Of a DNA stretch of 64,000 nt, positions 49,619-63,200 are shown one piece after another. The position numbers and the translations under genes are program-made. Origin of the DNA: Zygnema circumcarinatum SAG 698-1b (lineage: Eukaryota > Plantae > Zygnematophyceae); the NCBI GenBank assembly GCA_037447605.1, contig CM074819.1, positions 124,001 through 188,000 on the forward strand. The letters run 5' to 3'. The notes below the pieces were generated by a model, which was not told where the DNA came from, made no database searches, and was given only the letters and a program-made list of their open reading frames with translations. The first letter of the stretch is position 1, and every line of letters begins with the position of its first letter.

Positions 49619-50023
49619 GGGTGCGTTTTCATGGTTCAACTTCGTCCATTTAGTTGAATGAAAAAGTTGGAAACCGAGGTGGAGAGTTCGTAAATCTCCG
49701 AAACGAAGTTTTATCATCAACCTGTTGAACGATGTTGAATGAAAACCGTTTGCACGTGTGAGCCGGCTGAATGAAGTAGGGCGCCGCCTTCGCCAAAGAG
49801 AAAGCGTCACGTGGCTTCCACGTGGCACATTTGAACCGCGAATGCCCTCGTGTCGGCGCGCATTTTCCCATCTCCTCTCTGAACCCTCATCGCGCATGAC
49901 CCGAATTATTTAGCGTCGAACTCGCCCAACTGTTCGCACTTGCGAAATCACGTCAGCAACGTTGAACCACATCAGCATTCGGTCAACTGAAAATGAACGA
50001 AGTTAAACCATGAAAACGCACCC
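49619..50023. mobile_element. MITE-like element upstream of VIP3 (~40-bp imperfect TIRs starting GGGTGCGTTTTCATGG)
   Basis: Inverted termini at 49619-49658 and 49983-50023; no clean TSD. Confidence 0.6.
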
Positions 50024-50194
50024 TCCCTAGACCTACCGTACCGTGCCCTAACATTGCGGGCATCCCCCATGTTTGGTCCTATACCAAACATGACCATTCA
50101 TGCATGACATTGTCCCTACACCAACACATGATCTCCTGGACAACTTCATGCGAGGAACTAAGTACCAACACCTTGATGTACCTATACAGTCAAC

Positions 50195-50969
50195 AGTCCT
50201 CATATTTTCGCCATGGTTTTGGCAAATATGAGGCGAAAATCTTGATTTTTGCAAATAGAAGGTTCGTGTTACCAATAGACAGGCGGTATTATGTTAGAGT
50301 TCATGTTGGACCGTATGTATCGTACCGAACCATATCGTACTGTAGCGTACTGTATCGTATAGTATCGTATCGTATCTTGTCATATCGTACCGTATCGAGT
50401 TCAATAAGAAGGGGAGAAGAGCGAGCGCCTCTTACGGCGGCACGGGCGGGGAGATTAGGTGACGTTTTGCGTAAGCCCGTACAGTAGGACCCCGTCATAT
50501 TTTCCACCATCAAAAGTGCGTCCCTAAGAAATTCGCCCCGATTTTGCCGAAACCACCTTTTTGTACAGTAGCATTGTGTTATCCGTACTATTCGTATTAT
50601 CCGTATCATCCGTACTGGCCGTACTGGCCGTACTAGCCGTCACGGGCTTACGCAAAACTCACCTATTCTCCCCGCACGTGGCGCCGTAAGAGGCGCTCGC
50701 TCTTCTCCCCTTCTTATTGACTTCGATACGATGCGATACGATACGATATGTTCCGATACGATACTATCCGTACGAGCCGTACGAGCTGTAGTAGCCGTTA
50801 CGGGCTCGAATTTTACGATATGACATCAAACGATACGATATGATACGTACGAAGATACATGAACTCTAACATAATTCCGCTCGCCTATTGGTAACACGGA
50901 CCTTATATTTGTCAAATACAATATTTTTGCCCGATATTTGCCAAATCTAGGTGGAAAATATGACGGGGT
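50195..50969. mobile_element. Foldback element with ~280-bp inverted arms and CGTAC/CGATAC micro-repeats; related sequence resumes at 56420-56571 after insertion E
   Basis: AATAAGAAGGGGAGAAGAGCGAGCGCCTCTTACGGCG mirrored at ~50684-50720; the core at 50483-50640 matches 56420-56571 reversed. Confidence 0.75.
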
Positions 50970-53900
50970 TGTAGCACAAGATAAGTGGGGTTAAAAGGAG
51001 ATTGCTGAGCTAGTCGCAGATGCTGTACGGCCACCCGAGCGTCCGTGCTGAAACTGACGTAGGGTTGGGGTGGTGCTGTGGGTCTGCCTGCAGCATAGAG
51101 CCAGGATCCGGGGGATTCAGAGGTACGNNNNNNNNNNTATTGGACTCCGTGCTTCTCCAAGGCATGTAGGGGACGTGCGATAAGGGCATAGCCCTTGATG
51201 AACCGGCGATAGAATGAGGTGAGCCCCAAGAAGGACTTGAGCTAAGTGAGGGTCTGTGGAATCGGCATAAGGGCAATCGCTTCAATCTTGTCGAGTGATG
51301 GTTTCAGTCCATTGATGCCGAGGCGGTGCCCAAGATGAGTGATCTCTTGATGGCCCCATTTGCACTTCTTGGGTGCAATCTTCAAACGCGCACTAATGAG
51401 CTGTTGAAGCACTTGGTCAATGTGTTGCAGGTGGGAAGACCAGTCCTTGCTGTGGATCGAAGCATCATCCACGTAAGGTTCGCAGAAGGCACGACAGGGG
51501 CCGAACACCTGGTTGGCCAGGCGCTGGTGAGTCTGACTGGAATTCTTGAGCCCGAATGGAAGCACTGTCCACTGCACAAAGCGCGTGGCTGTGCGAGCCC
51601 TGTCTTGGCGCGAGTGCGGAGCTGCGCAAGGGGATTCCCAGGAGGATTTCTGCATGTCAAGTCAGGGAACCACCGTCATAGAGAAACACCGTGGAGAATC
51701 GGGTCACATCCGTAATGTATCAGGATACCAGCTTCGTTGTGCATTCAGGGTTCGGTGGTGCCGCGGCGATGTGCCATCCGGCTTGGACGGGCCGGACGGC
51801 CGCTGGCCCACGGCCCTTCTCCCAGGTTCCATGAGATCCGGCAAGCCGCGTTCTGGTCGATGTGCAACGTCAACTCATCCGGCCTGTGGTCGGAAAGGCG
51901 GTAGGGAGTTAGGTGGTCACGCGAAGGCGTCCCGTGTATCGATGTGGTGCTCTATCAGGTGGGTCTTGCCAATGTCGAGTGAATGTCGTGCGAAAACTAG
52001 ATGATTTCGGCGCAGCACTTGGCGTAATTGTGAATGCTTGATCGGGTCTGAGAGGACTGCTGGCCCCAATCGCATCTGACCCTCTATTTCCAGCCACTCC
52101 TCATCCACTGATAGTCTCATGGGAAGCCAGGTGCAGGTCACTAACTCGCAGCAACATCTCCGTGGCGCACCGAGAGCTGAACTCAAAAAAGAAGAAGAAT
52201 GTCGTCATCAATATCAAATGACGGTCCATGAGAAGAATGGCGGCTGGAACAGGGTGGTGCATGGTGATCTCCGGGTAGAGAGACTTGCGCCGTGGCGTGA
52301 TTTTGGGGACGCGGAGGTGACGGGCTCGAGTGATGGGAGGGGGCAGCTGTCTCGGCCGGCCGGGTGGCCCGCCTAATCCTCCAGCAAAGTCGATTTGTGC
52401 TCCCATCGCGGTGGCCCGGTCTGAGTCCAGCGGGATCAAATAGCACCCAGCGGCCGTGATGGCCGCGTTCACCGTGGCTCCCATGCTCGCCAAGGCTGGT
52501 GACCACTTGACGTCCCCATCCTTTCATGTAACTTATTTCAAGTCCCCACATGTCGGGGGAATGGGCTCAAGTGTCTTGTCCAGTTGACCCCTCAGCCCTT
52601 CATCACAAGCTGGGCAGACTGTGCAGCATCAACTCCTGCTGCTCAACATGGCTTTGCTGGGATGAGCATCGTGCATGATGATCAGCAGTTCTAATGTGGG
52701 TTCAGGAAGAAGGAGTCTGAATCCAGCGAGGACAGAGGGAGGCCGGCTGGGTGCGGAGAGGCGTCACATGGCTCAACCTCTGAAGCAGCGGACGTCGAGG
52801 ACACGTGAGCCGCAGAAGGCCAAGGGGTGGCCTCTACACTGTCGCAGCTTGGAGCTACGCAGCACCTGGAACCAGTTGCATCAGGCTGTGACAAGGTGAT
52901 GCCGATCTTAGCCTTGTCTCCCAGTGGGTGATAAACCATCCCATTCGTCAGATCAGCGCCTGTGCCGAGGGAGGTGGGCGACGATCCGGCTCTCAAGGTG
53001 GACAGATGCCCAAAGGCGATGGGAGGGATGCGTGCCATCTTCTAGTCAGTGTGTCGGCTCAGCTGCGCTCTCGGCCCCTCCTCATTGAGATCGTCTCTCC
53101 TCTCAAGCATGGATCCCAAATGAGATGGTCAGTGAACAAGAAGAGCTGAAGATCTCCGGGCAGAGATGGTACCGGTCAACAACAGAGCAGTGGCATGGCA
53201 GGGAGGAGAATGGCAAGGGATGTGAATGAGATCACTTTGGTTGGCAGGAGCCTTCACGGGCATTTGCAATGTTGGCGATGCGGGCTTGAGCACCCTCTTC
53301 AGAAGTGATGGGTGGGACAACAGTTTACAATGCCTCCGGCAACCTGGGCGGTGCGTGAGCGGCGAGCGGGTGGGGTGGGGCCCGCTGGTTTGTCAGGAAG
53401 GGGAGCCCATGGGTGCACGTGGATGAACGGTCGGTAGATGGTGTAAGCGGGGTGGAGGTGAAGCGGGCGGAGGGGTCAGAGTCTCGGTGGTGTGGGAGTG
53501 GCCAGGAGCATGTCCATGAAGGTGATCTCTCAGGTCACAGCTCACCCAGCTCCCCTCTTTCTTTCCAAGGCCTTCTCACTTGAGAACCTCCGCATCACAC
53601 ACGGGCATCATGTCCGTGATCTGGCAGAGGTGCAGGTCCATCAAGGGTGGCAGACGCAGCCACAAATCCTGGTGGGGCCACAGGCAAGGGGCGAGCACCC
53701 TTTGGAACCCCTACCTCTGTCATCCAACGCGCGGATCGGCCTGGCGCTTCTCTCTCTTCGGTGTGCCGATCAAATGCAGAGCCCGATCTCCTGGACGGAA
53801 ACATCTGGTATGTGAGGAGTCACGCTGGCTCGATGGGATCGCCGGATCATGAGGGTGCGGGAGGGGAAGGGGCTTGGGCGCTGGCCATAGCCAAAGGTGC

Positions 53901-56419
53901 AGCAGTAGGCTGCCGGACGTGCAGCGGGCAGGGATGCAAGCAGCACTGTGCCCTGAGGGTCTCACGTGCAGATCATAGTTCCTGGTGCTGTCTCTTCAAG
54001 ACTCCATGCAAGTCGATCTTGTACAATGAATCGTGGCAATTCATGTAATGAGTCAGTACATGTCAACTCCTCTCTTGATCCTTCTGAATTCGCTCTGCCC
54101 TTTCTAACAATGCCTGGGCATCTGCTGGTGGGTTGTCGCGCAGCTCACGATCCAGGTGGAGTGCCTCGCTAGGTGGCCTTGGGACCACTGGAAAACTTCG
54201 GGGAAAACCAGGCAAGTTCTCGATCGCCGTGCTTTGCACATCGCACGAACGCCAGAGTGAATGGACGCCGTCATCAGCTGTAGCACTCTGCTGTAGCGAG
54301 AGTTCGTCTCAGCACGGTGATTGGATCTGAAATCCAGCGTTGTCTGAAAGCTTGCTTGAATGTGTCTCTTGTCAGGTTGCCGACGACATCCGCCTTGTGC
54401 CAGTTTCGGGACAGCTTCCAGTTGACGGCCTCTCCTTCCAGCGCTCCAAGGGCCAGCTTGATCCATTGGTCCTCCTTCAGGTCTGCTTGCGCTGCCTTCT
54501 CCTCAAGGTGTCTCAGCCATGCTTCTGCATCTTCCTGCTTGCCGGTGAAGCCTCTTGTGATGATGCCCGTGGTATCCCTCACCTCACTCTTTTCAGGAAT
54601 CATTGCTATCAGTTTGGTCATCATCTCTTCCATCTTGCTGGGAAACTCAGATCTGACTCGTGTGCTTCTCTGCAGGTTGGTGCGAAAGCTGGAGGGTCCT
54701 TGCGATTGTCCTGCCCTTGCCCCTGAAGCCGCTCGCCTGGGGCTGCCGGATGGGTAAGTTGTGAACGCCGGAGGTGAGGGGGTCTTCTGAGGAATCCCTT
54801 GCTCTGCTGTAGGACTGCGTGCCGTTGCGGTGCTTGAAGGGACTCACAGTGCGGTGGATTATCGAGATCGTGGGTTACGTCTCTGTGGGGGACGCGGTGG
54901 GGACCTCACCGAGGTTGAAAACGGAACTCCTCTCTTCCGCGGCATGGCAGCATTGGCAGCTGGCCAGAGGCACAACTTGATCATCAGCGTCTCGTATTGC
55001 AGCTGACCGTTTGGCCATCTTCTTGAGCCGGAATAGATTCTCCGGCTCTTCAATCGACTCGATCACGCTCCAAGGTAAGCCAGGCGGGATAAAGGGTTCT
55101 CGCCGGTGATGCCCATCTTGATCTCTCTCATTTGCTTCTTCCTCCGGTCTGAATCCCGGGTCCTTGGATTTCCGATCGCTGTTCTTCTTCTTCTTGAGTG
55201 CCAAGTCTTCATCTGAATACTCATGAAGATCTGCTTGTCCTCTTCTTTGGCGACTCTTCATCCATGGCAGCATTTGTGACGGGTCCACGGGGTCGGCAGC
55301 CTCACGTATCAAAGATGCGTGGATACACTTAAAACCTTCAGCTCGATACCAAGATAAGTGGGGTTAAGGAGATTCTTGTGAGCTAGTCGCGAATCTTTGT
55401 CACCGACCACCAGCGTCCCGTGCTGAAGCGGCGTAGGGTTGGGGTGTTAGTCTTTATTAAGATGCTGCTGACATAGAGCGGGATCGGGGATTGAGAGGAA
55501 TGCAGCGCCCAGCGTATCATGAAGGCGTAAGGGATTACGAAGGCGTTCCCGCCGTAATTTTGGACTTGATGCTTAAAGAGCCCTTCCTTGAGAATCCTCC
55601 CACATCCTCTCCTCGGCTAGTCTCTTAGCTAGGCTTCTAGTGATCATTGGTCATTGAGGTAATGCAAGGCAGGATAGAGCAAGATAGGGGCTTGGCATAG
55701 TGGCAGTGAGGAGGAAAAGCGGGACACAGCAGATAAAGGTGGTATTTTGGAAACTCACTGACCGGCCCGGTTGGGCTGGGGAATGTCATTACAATGAAAT
55801 TGTCTTCTCACTGAAATCTTTGTCTGGCGGGCTGAATGGGACGTCTATATGCGATAGCAAGAAGACTCTCTCTCTCTCTCTCTCTCTCTATCTATGGCAT
55901 GGAACTCTCTCTCTCTCTCTCTCTCTATCTATGGCATGGAACTCTCTCTCTCTCTCTCTCTCTTACTTAGCATCTGTTGCTGTAACGGAAGAGGAAGGAA
56001 AAGAAGAAAGAAGAACAAGACAACAAACCCCACAGCAAATGCTACAAACCACTAAGCCTGGCACTTACTAAAAGACAAAAGCATCAGCGACATCCCATCT
56101 ACTTAACACCGACAATAGATCTTGAGCCTTAGCAGTGACAGTCTGATTGGCCAACTGCCCACTGAGAGCCTGACTGACTTCACGTGGAGCCGCCGGATAG
56201 GTCAACTGATGACAATCGGCGGCATTTTCTTTGGCTTCCGAGGGGAATTGCGCCTAGCTGGATGGTGTGCTGTCCCGTGGGCCGCCAACAAATGGCGCCG
56301 CCGTCTCGCATTTTCCGTCGGCAATTCCTGGATCAGGCCGGTCCGTGACACTGAATATGAACATGTTAAGTACAACTGAACGGGCGCGGATCCGTTGAAC
56401 GCAGCTCCGTTACGCTACA
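50970..56419 (-). mobile_element. Ty3/gypsy element E (different lineage; RH/INT lost in the gap at 51128)
   Basis: LTR copies at 50970-51127 and 55352-56419, PBS-like GCTCGATACCA at 55341-55351. Gag-like AEAWLRHLE…ALEGEAVNW, RT VLPFGLKNS…YVDD. TSD GGGT. Confidence 0.8.
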
Positions 56420-56571
56420 GGGTCCTACTGTAACGGCTAGTACAGCTAGTACGGCTAGTACGGTTAGTAAAGCTAGTACGAATAGTACGGCTAACACAAA
56501 GTTACAAAAAGGTGGTTTCGGCAAAATTGGGGCGAATTTCTTGGGGACGCACTGTACAGGGTGGAAAATAT

Positions 56572-59500
56572 TGTTGGTGTAGAGGTGTTCCTCACAGACT
56601 CCTCTACACTCTTTCTTTCACCTGAACTGTCTCCCTCACCCTCAGTGGTCGCAGACATTTTCTCTCAACTCTCCTTGCCAAGATAATACAACAACAAATC
56701 CCCAAAGCAGAACAGAATGCGGAACGAGAGAAAAGTAAGGAGAAAGCTCAAGGCCCTAAAACTCCTTAATATAAACAGAGAAGATTACAACTCAGGCTCC
56801 CATAAGCCTGACTGCCCACTTCCTCTATTTCCTCTACCAAGCTCATACTCGGCTGCTACTTCCCACACTACCTCCTTCTTCAAAGCAGCCTCTTCAACGC
56901 ATGAAGAGTTTGGAAGCAGCTCCCTCCTTGGCAGTCACTCAGCAACGCCAGCAGTGCCTTGCCGTCCAAAGAGAAGGGGTTCCAATATCCTTCTATCCTA
57001 CACACTATGTAGTACAGGATGTGACGCGACAATGTCACGTCACGGCCGCACTTGCGGGGCCTTGCAACAAGCACTCACAAAACATGAGTCACAGTGACAA
57101 TGCTCCACCTCCCTTATTTTGTGGTCCTTACTTAGAAGTGGTCCTACTTGTGGTCCTACTTGTGGTCCCACTTGTGGTCCTATATTATGCAGCCAGTTAC
57201 ACAAAGGCTAGATCCGAAGTCGCGTCCTTAGAGGCGCAGCCGCAATGCCTAGCCCCAAAAACCTACGTGGGACGGGCCCGTTCGACGCCGCGCGCCGTCA
57301 TTCCTATCCGGTCCTTATTGTCCGTACGGTCCTGATTTTGGAGACGTACCACTGTGGTCCTGTCCGTACACCGTGCCGCTCCGCGCGCTTGAGTCGTACG
57401 ACGACCGACAAACAGCCCCCCTCCTAAAATACACAGAGGCCAGCCCTTAGGAACTCTAGCGCTAACACGAACGTGGAACATGCTAACTATGTTACACCAA
57501 CAATCCCCCTCTTAGTGCTTTAGTTCCTAAAAGGCCCAAGCCCAATGAGACAACTATTATCCCATGTGGTCCAACCACTGACTGCCTTCGTCAACATGTC
57601 AGCAGCCTGCTCTGAGGTGCTTACAAACTCCACAACAATTCGCCCCTCCTCAACTAGCTCTCTGACAAAATGGAATTGAATCCTAATGTGTTTTGTCCTT
57701 TTATGAAAGACAGGATTCTGTATGAGAGCAATGGACGATTTGTTATCAGTTAACAGTGGCAAGGGATCACATGGGCGCTCACACTCTTCGAAAAAGATTT
57801 GAAGCCACACCGCTTCCTTCGCAGCATGGCATGTCGACATGTACTCAGCCTCCGTGCTTGAAAGCGCCACTGAGTCCTGCAGCTTGGAGCTCCATGCAAT
57901 AGCTCCTCCACTGTTCGAGAACACATAACCGGATGTCGATCTCGATGTGTCAACATCACCACCCCAATCGGAATCCGTGTAGCCAACAAGGCCGCTGCTA
58001 CTCCCCCTCTCAAACTGAAGACCGTAGTGAAGGGTTGACTTCACAAAGCGGAAGATCCGCTTCACCGCCTCCCAATGCTGAGGTCCAGGATTCTGCATGA
58101 AGCGACTAGCCAAGCTCACGGCCTTCGCAATGTCTGGCCTTGTACCCACCATTAGGTACATTAAGCTACCGATGGCTGACCTGTAAGGTACGTCCTTCAT
58201 GGCTCTCTCCTCCTCCTCTGACTGCGGCTCCATCTCCTTCGAAAGGTGAACTCCAGCCTCCATCGGGCTAGAGATGGGCCGGCAATTGAACATCCCAAAC
58301 CTGTCCAAAACATCCGTGGCATATTTCCTCTGGGAGAGGAAAAGACTGCCATCTCTTGCCTTCTTGAGCTGAATCCCAAGAAGGTACTCGGCCTCTCCAA
58401 GGTCCGTCATCTGGAAGTTCCTCTGCATTAGATCTTTCAAGCTCTGAATGCTGTGAGCCGAGGAACTGACTATGATGAGATCATCTACATATATCCCCAC
58501 ATAGACTAGCTCCTTCCCTTCCCCTTTGCTATAAACTGAATGATCGGTTTCGAACCTTTTGAAGCCATTCTCCCTCAACAAATCATCGACCTTCTCGTAC
58601 CAAACACGTGGTGCCTGCTTCAGGCCATACAAGCTCTTCACGAGCTTGCAAACGAGCTCCTCCTTCCCGGCTTCCACCTTCCCCTCTGGCTGCTCCATGT
58701 AGATTTCCTCTGCAAGGTCTCCATACAAGAACGCCGTTTTGATGTCCAGCTGATGGACCATCATCTCCTCTGAAGCAGCAATAGAAATTAGTGCCCTCAA
58801 AGAATTAAATTTTACAACAGGGGCGAAAGTTTCAGAGTAGTCAATGCCCTCCTTTTGACTGTAGCCCTTTGCTACCAGCCGTGCTTTGTAGCGGTCCACG
58901 CTCCCATCGGACTTCCTCTTGATCTTGAAGATCCACTTACATCCTATCGCCTTCCTCCCCTTGGGCAGCTCCTCCAACCGCCAAGTGCGGTTCTCAAGAA
59001 GACTGTCCCACTCACTATCTATGGCAGCCTTCCAAAGGTCTGAATCCGCCCCTTCCAGCGCTTCTGGATAGGACTGTGATTCAGAGACACGTGCCATGTA
59101 GCAGTAGGCAATGCTGGCAAGGTCCGCAGAGTCCGAGGGTACACGATCCTGGGCATGCTTCCGCTGGGCCAAGCTGCGGGCAGGTCTACCAAAACCTGCA
59201 TCGGGATCAAAACGAGTAGGTGCCTTCACGGGACGTCCACTCCTCGTTGTTGGCTGGGGTTGAGGCTTAGGAGAGGTGCGGTACACTCTTGGTCGCCTTG
59301 GTGGAGTCACATCTGCATATGGGTCAAATCCCACCGGCACGGTTGATGCTGAAGACATCGGCTGAGGTGACTCGCTGGTCACGAGCCAATCCTTTGGCTC
59401 CTCCTGCACGTCGGCAGGTCCTCCCGCATTCTGAGTCGAGCCTTCCGACTCCTCGGGCTCACCGGGCGCATCTCTTGCAAAAGGATGTCTCAGGGAGCCA

Positions 59501-60281
59501 TCTGCCCCCTCTGGCTGAGGAATCCCTCCAACACATGCATCCTCCCAAATGAACTCAACCATGTTCCCATCCGAAGGAAACTCCGGGACGTCGGGCAGCT
59601 TGTCGAACTCCCAACTTGTCAGTTCGTCAACCTCTAGGTCTCGGCTGCTCTGAATCTTCATCATTACAGGGTTCCAAACCCGATAAGTGTGACTATCAGA
59701 GTTGTAGCCAAGTAAGAAGCCATCTTCGGAGCGGGAGTCAAACTTCCCCTTCTGCTTTTGCTTAGGAACAGCCATCCAACACCGTGAGCCAAAAGCTCGC
59801 AAGTGCTCCACGGTTGGCTTCTTCCCACTCCAAACCTCTTCAGGAACTTTATCCTTCAAGGCTCTAGATGGACATCTATTCCTGATGTAAGCGGCTGTGT
59901 TCACAGCCTGTGCCCAAAATGTGGTAGGAAATGGAGAGTCACTCAGCATGGACCGAGCCATTTCTCCTAAAGTCCTATTGACTCTCTCAGCAGCGCCATT
60001 ACTCTGAGGAGAGTACGGAGCAGAGAATTCGTGTCTAACACCAAGAGACTTCAAGTACTCACTGAATTTTGTCGATTTGAACTCACCTCCGTTGTCCGAA
60101 CGGAGGGCCTTCAGCTTCTTGCCGGTCTCTCTCTCAACTTGCAGCTGCCAATCTCTGAAGGCTTTGAAAGCCTCTGACTTCTGCTTGAGAAACTTCACCC
60201 AGATCTTCCTTGAGCAATCATCAAGGAAGGTGATGAAGTAATGTCCTCCACCTATGCTGGTCGGAGTCACAGGGCCACACA
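56572..60281 (-). mobile_element. Ty1/copia element F (3' LTR 56572-57502, 5' part displaced by G3)
   Basis: TGTTGGTG…CACCAACA, PPT revcomp ATCCCCCTCTT at 57503, then pol. Confidence 0.92.
57520..60281 (-). CDS. pol: Uninterrupted copia pol (integrase core, RT, RNase H), ~920 aa
   Basis: RSDNGGEF, PQSNGAAER, QLDIKTAFLYG, YVDDLII, TDNKSS, KHIRIQFHF. Confidence 0.95.
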
Positions 60282-63200
60282 TGTTGGTGGAGGGACTCCT
60301 CCACTGCTGCCGGCTTCTCCACTCGCATCACCTTCCATCGGAGTTCGCGTTCCAATCGATGATGACATTTCCCAAACTCTCACATTCACTCATAGCCCAT
60401 TTTACTCACAGAGTGAACCTCACAGAATATGCACAGCGGAATATGAGAGAGAGAAAAGGATAGGAGAAAATACCGACAAACTCATAATAATGATCTTAAC
60501 ACCACAATTGAGACCCCCTCTCCAACTAGCCCAATAAACTCAAAGCCCACTACACCGCAGCACAAGCAGGGTGTAGTGTTACTTAACTGAGCAGCGGCTT
60601 CTCCAGAGTCTACAATAGCTACGCTGGTGATCCAGAAGTTAAGATAAACAACCAAACAAAAACAACACACTATATACTATGTCACAACATCCGTGACACT
60701 ACACAATACAACGAGCTCACAACATGCGGCTAGCGGCCGCCAAAGTCTATCGATCCTCATCCTCTTCGTCGGATCCTCGTGCGACTCCACGGATCCCACG
60801 TCACGTTTCCTCCGTCCGTCGACTTCGGCCTCTAAAGCTAATCCCGTCTTAGCGCCCGTCAGGATCTGACCCGACCAAGACTGATGGCCAGCGTCAAACT
60901 CGGCGTCGTGCGCCGCCACCGACATCTGGCGCCGCTCCGTGCTGGCCAGCCAATGATGAATCAGCTGGCGCCCGACATTTTGGCCGCGTAGCGTCAAGTC
61001 TGAATGGATTCAATCCAAAAGGCGGCGCTTGGCGCCCGGCGTTAGTTCGATTACGTAGCCTTGAGATTACGGCGTAAGCGCCAATTCTTCAATTACGCTC
61101 AGCGGCGGCGTCCGCATCGCCCGTCACTTTCGATTCGTACGGCGTGGCGCCTCGTCGCCGACTCCGTCGCGCCTCTTCACCGACCAAATGTCCATTACGC
61201 GCCTACTAACCTTAGCGCACATATAAGGAAACACACAACACAAACACACAAAACTAATGTTCCAACAAAAGCATGCTAACTATCATACACTAACAATCCC
61301 CCTCTTTGGAACTTCTAGTTTTGCGCGGGCCCCAGCCCGATCAACCTCCCGTTGACTAACAGTGTTTCCCCACTAACTCCCTTTGTTAGCATCTGCGGCA
61401 CGCTCCTTGGTGCCCTCACGAACTTCACCTCAATCAAGCCCTCCTCGACCAACTCTCGTACGTAATGGTACTGCACCCGAATGTGCTTGGTCCTCTTGTG
61501 GAACACAGGGTTTCCCACCAGGGCAATCGACGATTGATTGTCGGTAAACAAGGTAATCGGTCGTTGGTCCCTCTTGCATTCTTCAAAGAACTGCATGAAC
61601 CACACTCCTTCCTTCGAAGCATGACAAGCACCCATGTACTCGCCCTCCGTGCTCGATAACGCCACCGAGTCCTAAACGAAACCTGAAGTTGAGCGTGACG
61701 TATCGACATCTCCTCCCCAATCTGAGTCTGTATAGCCAATCACTCTGGTTGGCCCCCTCTCATACCTGATTCCATAATCGAGCGTCCCCTTCACATATCT
61801 GAAAATCCTCTTCACTGCCTCCCAATGCTCGAGGCCCGGATTCTCCATGAATCGGCTGGCCGAGCTCACCGCTTTCGCCAGTCCGGACGCGTTCCGATCA
61901 TCAAGTACATTAGACTCCCAATCGCGGATCTGTATGGCACTCCGAACATCTTTTGTGCCTCCGCATCCGACGAAGGTGACATCTCCTTCAAAAGCCTAGT
62001 GCCGATCTCCATGGGGCTGGAACACGGCCTAGCATCCTCCATTCGAAAACGGGCAAGCACATCTGAAGCATACTTCCTTTGACATAGAAACAAGCTTCCA
62101 TCCTGCCCCCTCTTCAGCTGCATTCCCAGCAGATACTGCGCCTCTCCCAGATCTGACATTTTGAAATTTGCCTGAAGCAATTCCTTCAAAGATCTGATTC
62201 TTTCAAGGGAGAGGCTCACCATGATGAGATCGTCGACATAGATCCCAACGAACATGATGTCTGCCCCCTCTCCTTGACGGTACACTGAATGACCTGTCTC
62301 AAACCGAGCAAAATCATTCCTCTCAAAAGATAGTCAATCTTTTCGTACCACACTCTCGGCGCCTGATTCAAGCCGTACAGGCTCTTCACCAGTCGACAGA
62401 CTAGGTGCTCCTTCCCGGGGACGACCTTCCCCTCCGGCTGCTCCATGTAAATCTCTTCCGTGAGATCACCATACAGAAATGCCGTCTTGATGTCCAATTG
62501 ATGGACGTGCATTCCTTCAGCCGCTGCAATGGAAATCAAGGCTCTCAGGGAATTGAACTTTACCACTGGAGCGAACGTCTCCATGTAGTCAATCCCATAC
62601 TGCTGGCCGTATCCTTTCGCCACTAACCGCGCCTTGTACCTATCCGCTTCCGGCTGCCTTCCTCTTGACTTTAGGAGCCACTTGCAGCCGATGGCTGCGC
62701 CTCTCCCTTGAGGAAAAACTCCTCCAATCTCCACGTGCGTTCTCGTCCGGGCTGTCCCATTTGGCTTCCCTCAATGTAACCGCCACTTATCGCCATCGAC
62801 NCCGTCGTGCGCCTCCTCAAAGGTCTGTGGCTCGGTACTCATGAAACAGTGGGCAACTCCCACAAGGTCAGCTGAATCTGATGGCACTCTCTTGGATCAG
62901 ATTGGTACGGTAGAAACGATCTGAGTAGCTCGTGTCTCGGCGCTCCTCGGACTGTCTTAGCACTTCGTCCTCCTGGGTAGAAGTAGAGGTCCGAGAACAA
63001 AACGCCTGGGGGCATGTTATCAAACATTGCCTCCCTCTCGGCCGCTTCAAGATCCTCTGAATCTTGCGCGTGAAGCGGGACCGTCTCCACTGAGTTCTCC
63101 TCTTCACCACTGGAGTGAGTGTGAAGGGGAATCGTCTCCGCTGAACTGTGCGGCTCCTCCGCATGCGCCTCCACGGGCGTCTCTCCATCATCAGCCGGCT

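Noticed and set aside
55341-55360. E 5' LTR lacking a terminal CA and with a PBS one base short, as a novel priming mode
   Set aside because: The other LTR copy ends normally (…TGCTACA); a small deletion or consensus error in a noisy region is more likely.
57121-57182. (GTGGTCCTACTT)n tandem giving a VVLLVVLL ORF
   Set aside because: Short minisatellite within the F LTR; no support for coding.
60280-60282. ATG start of the 920-aa ORF
   Set aside because: Created by the G3 LTR junction; the frame is mid-integrase (…CGP…).
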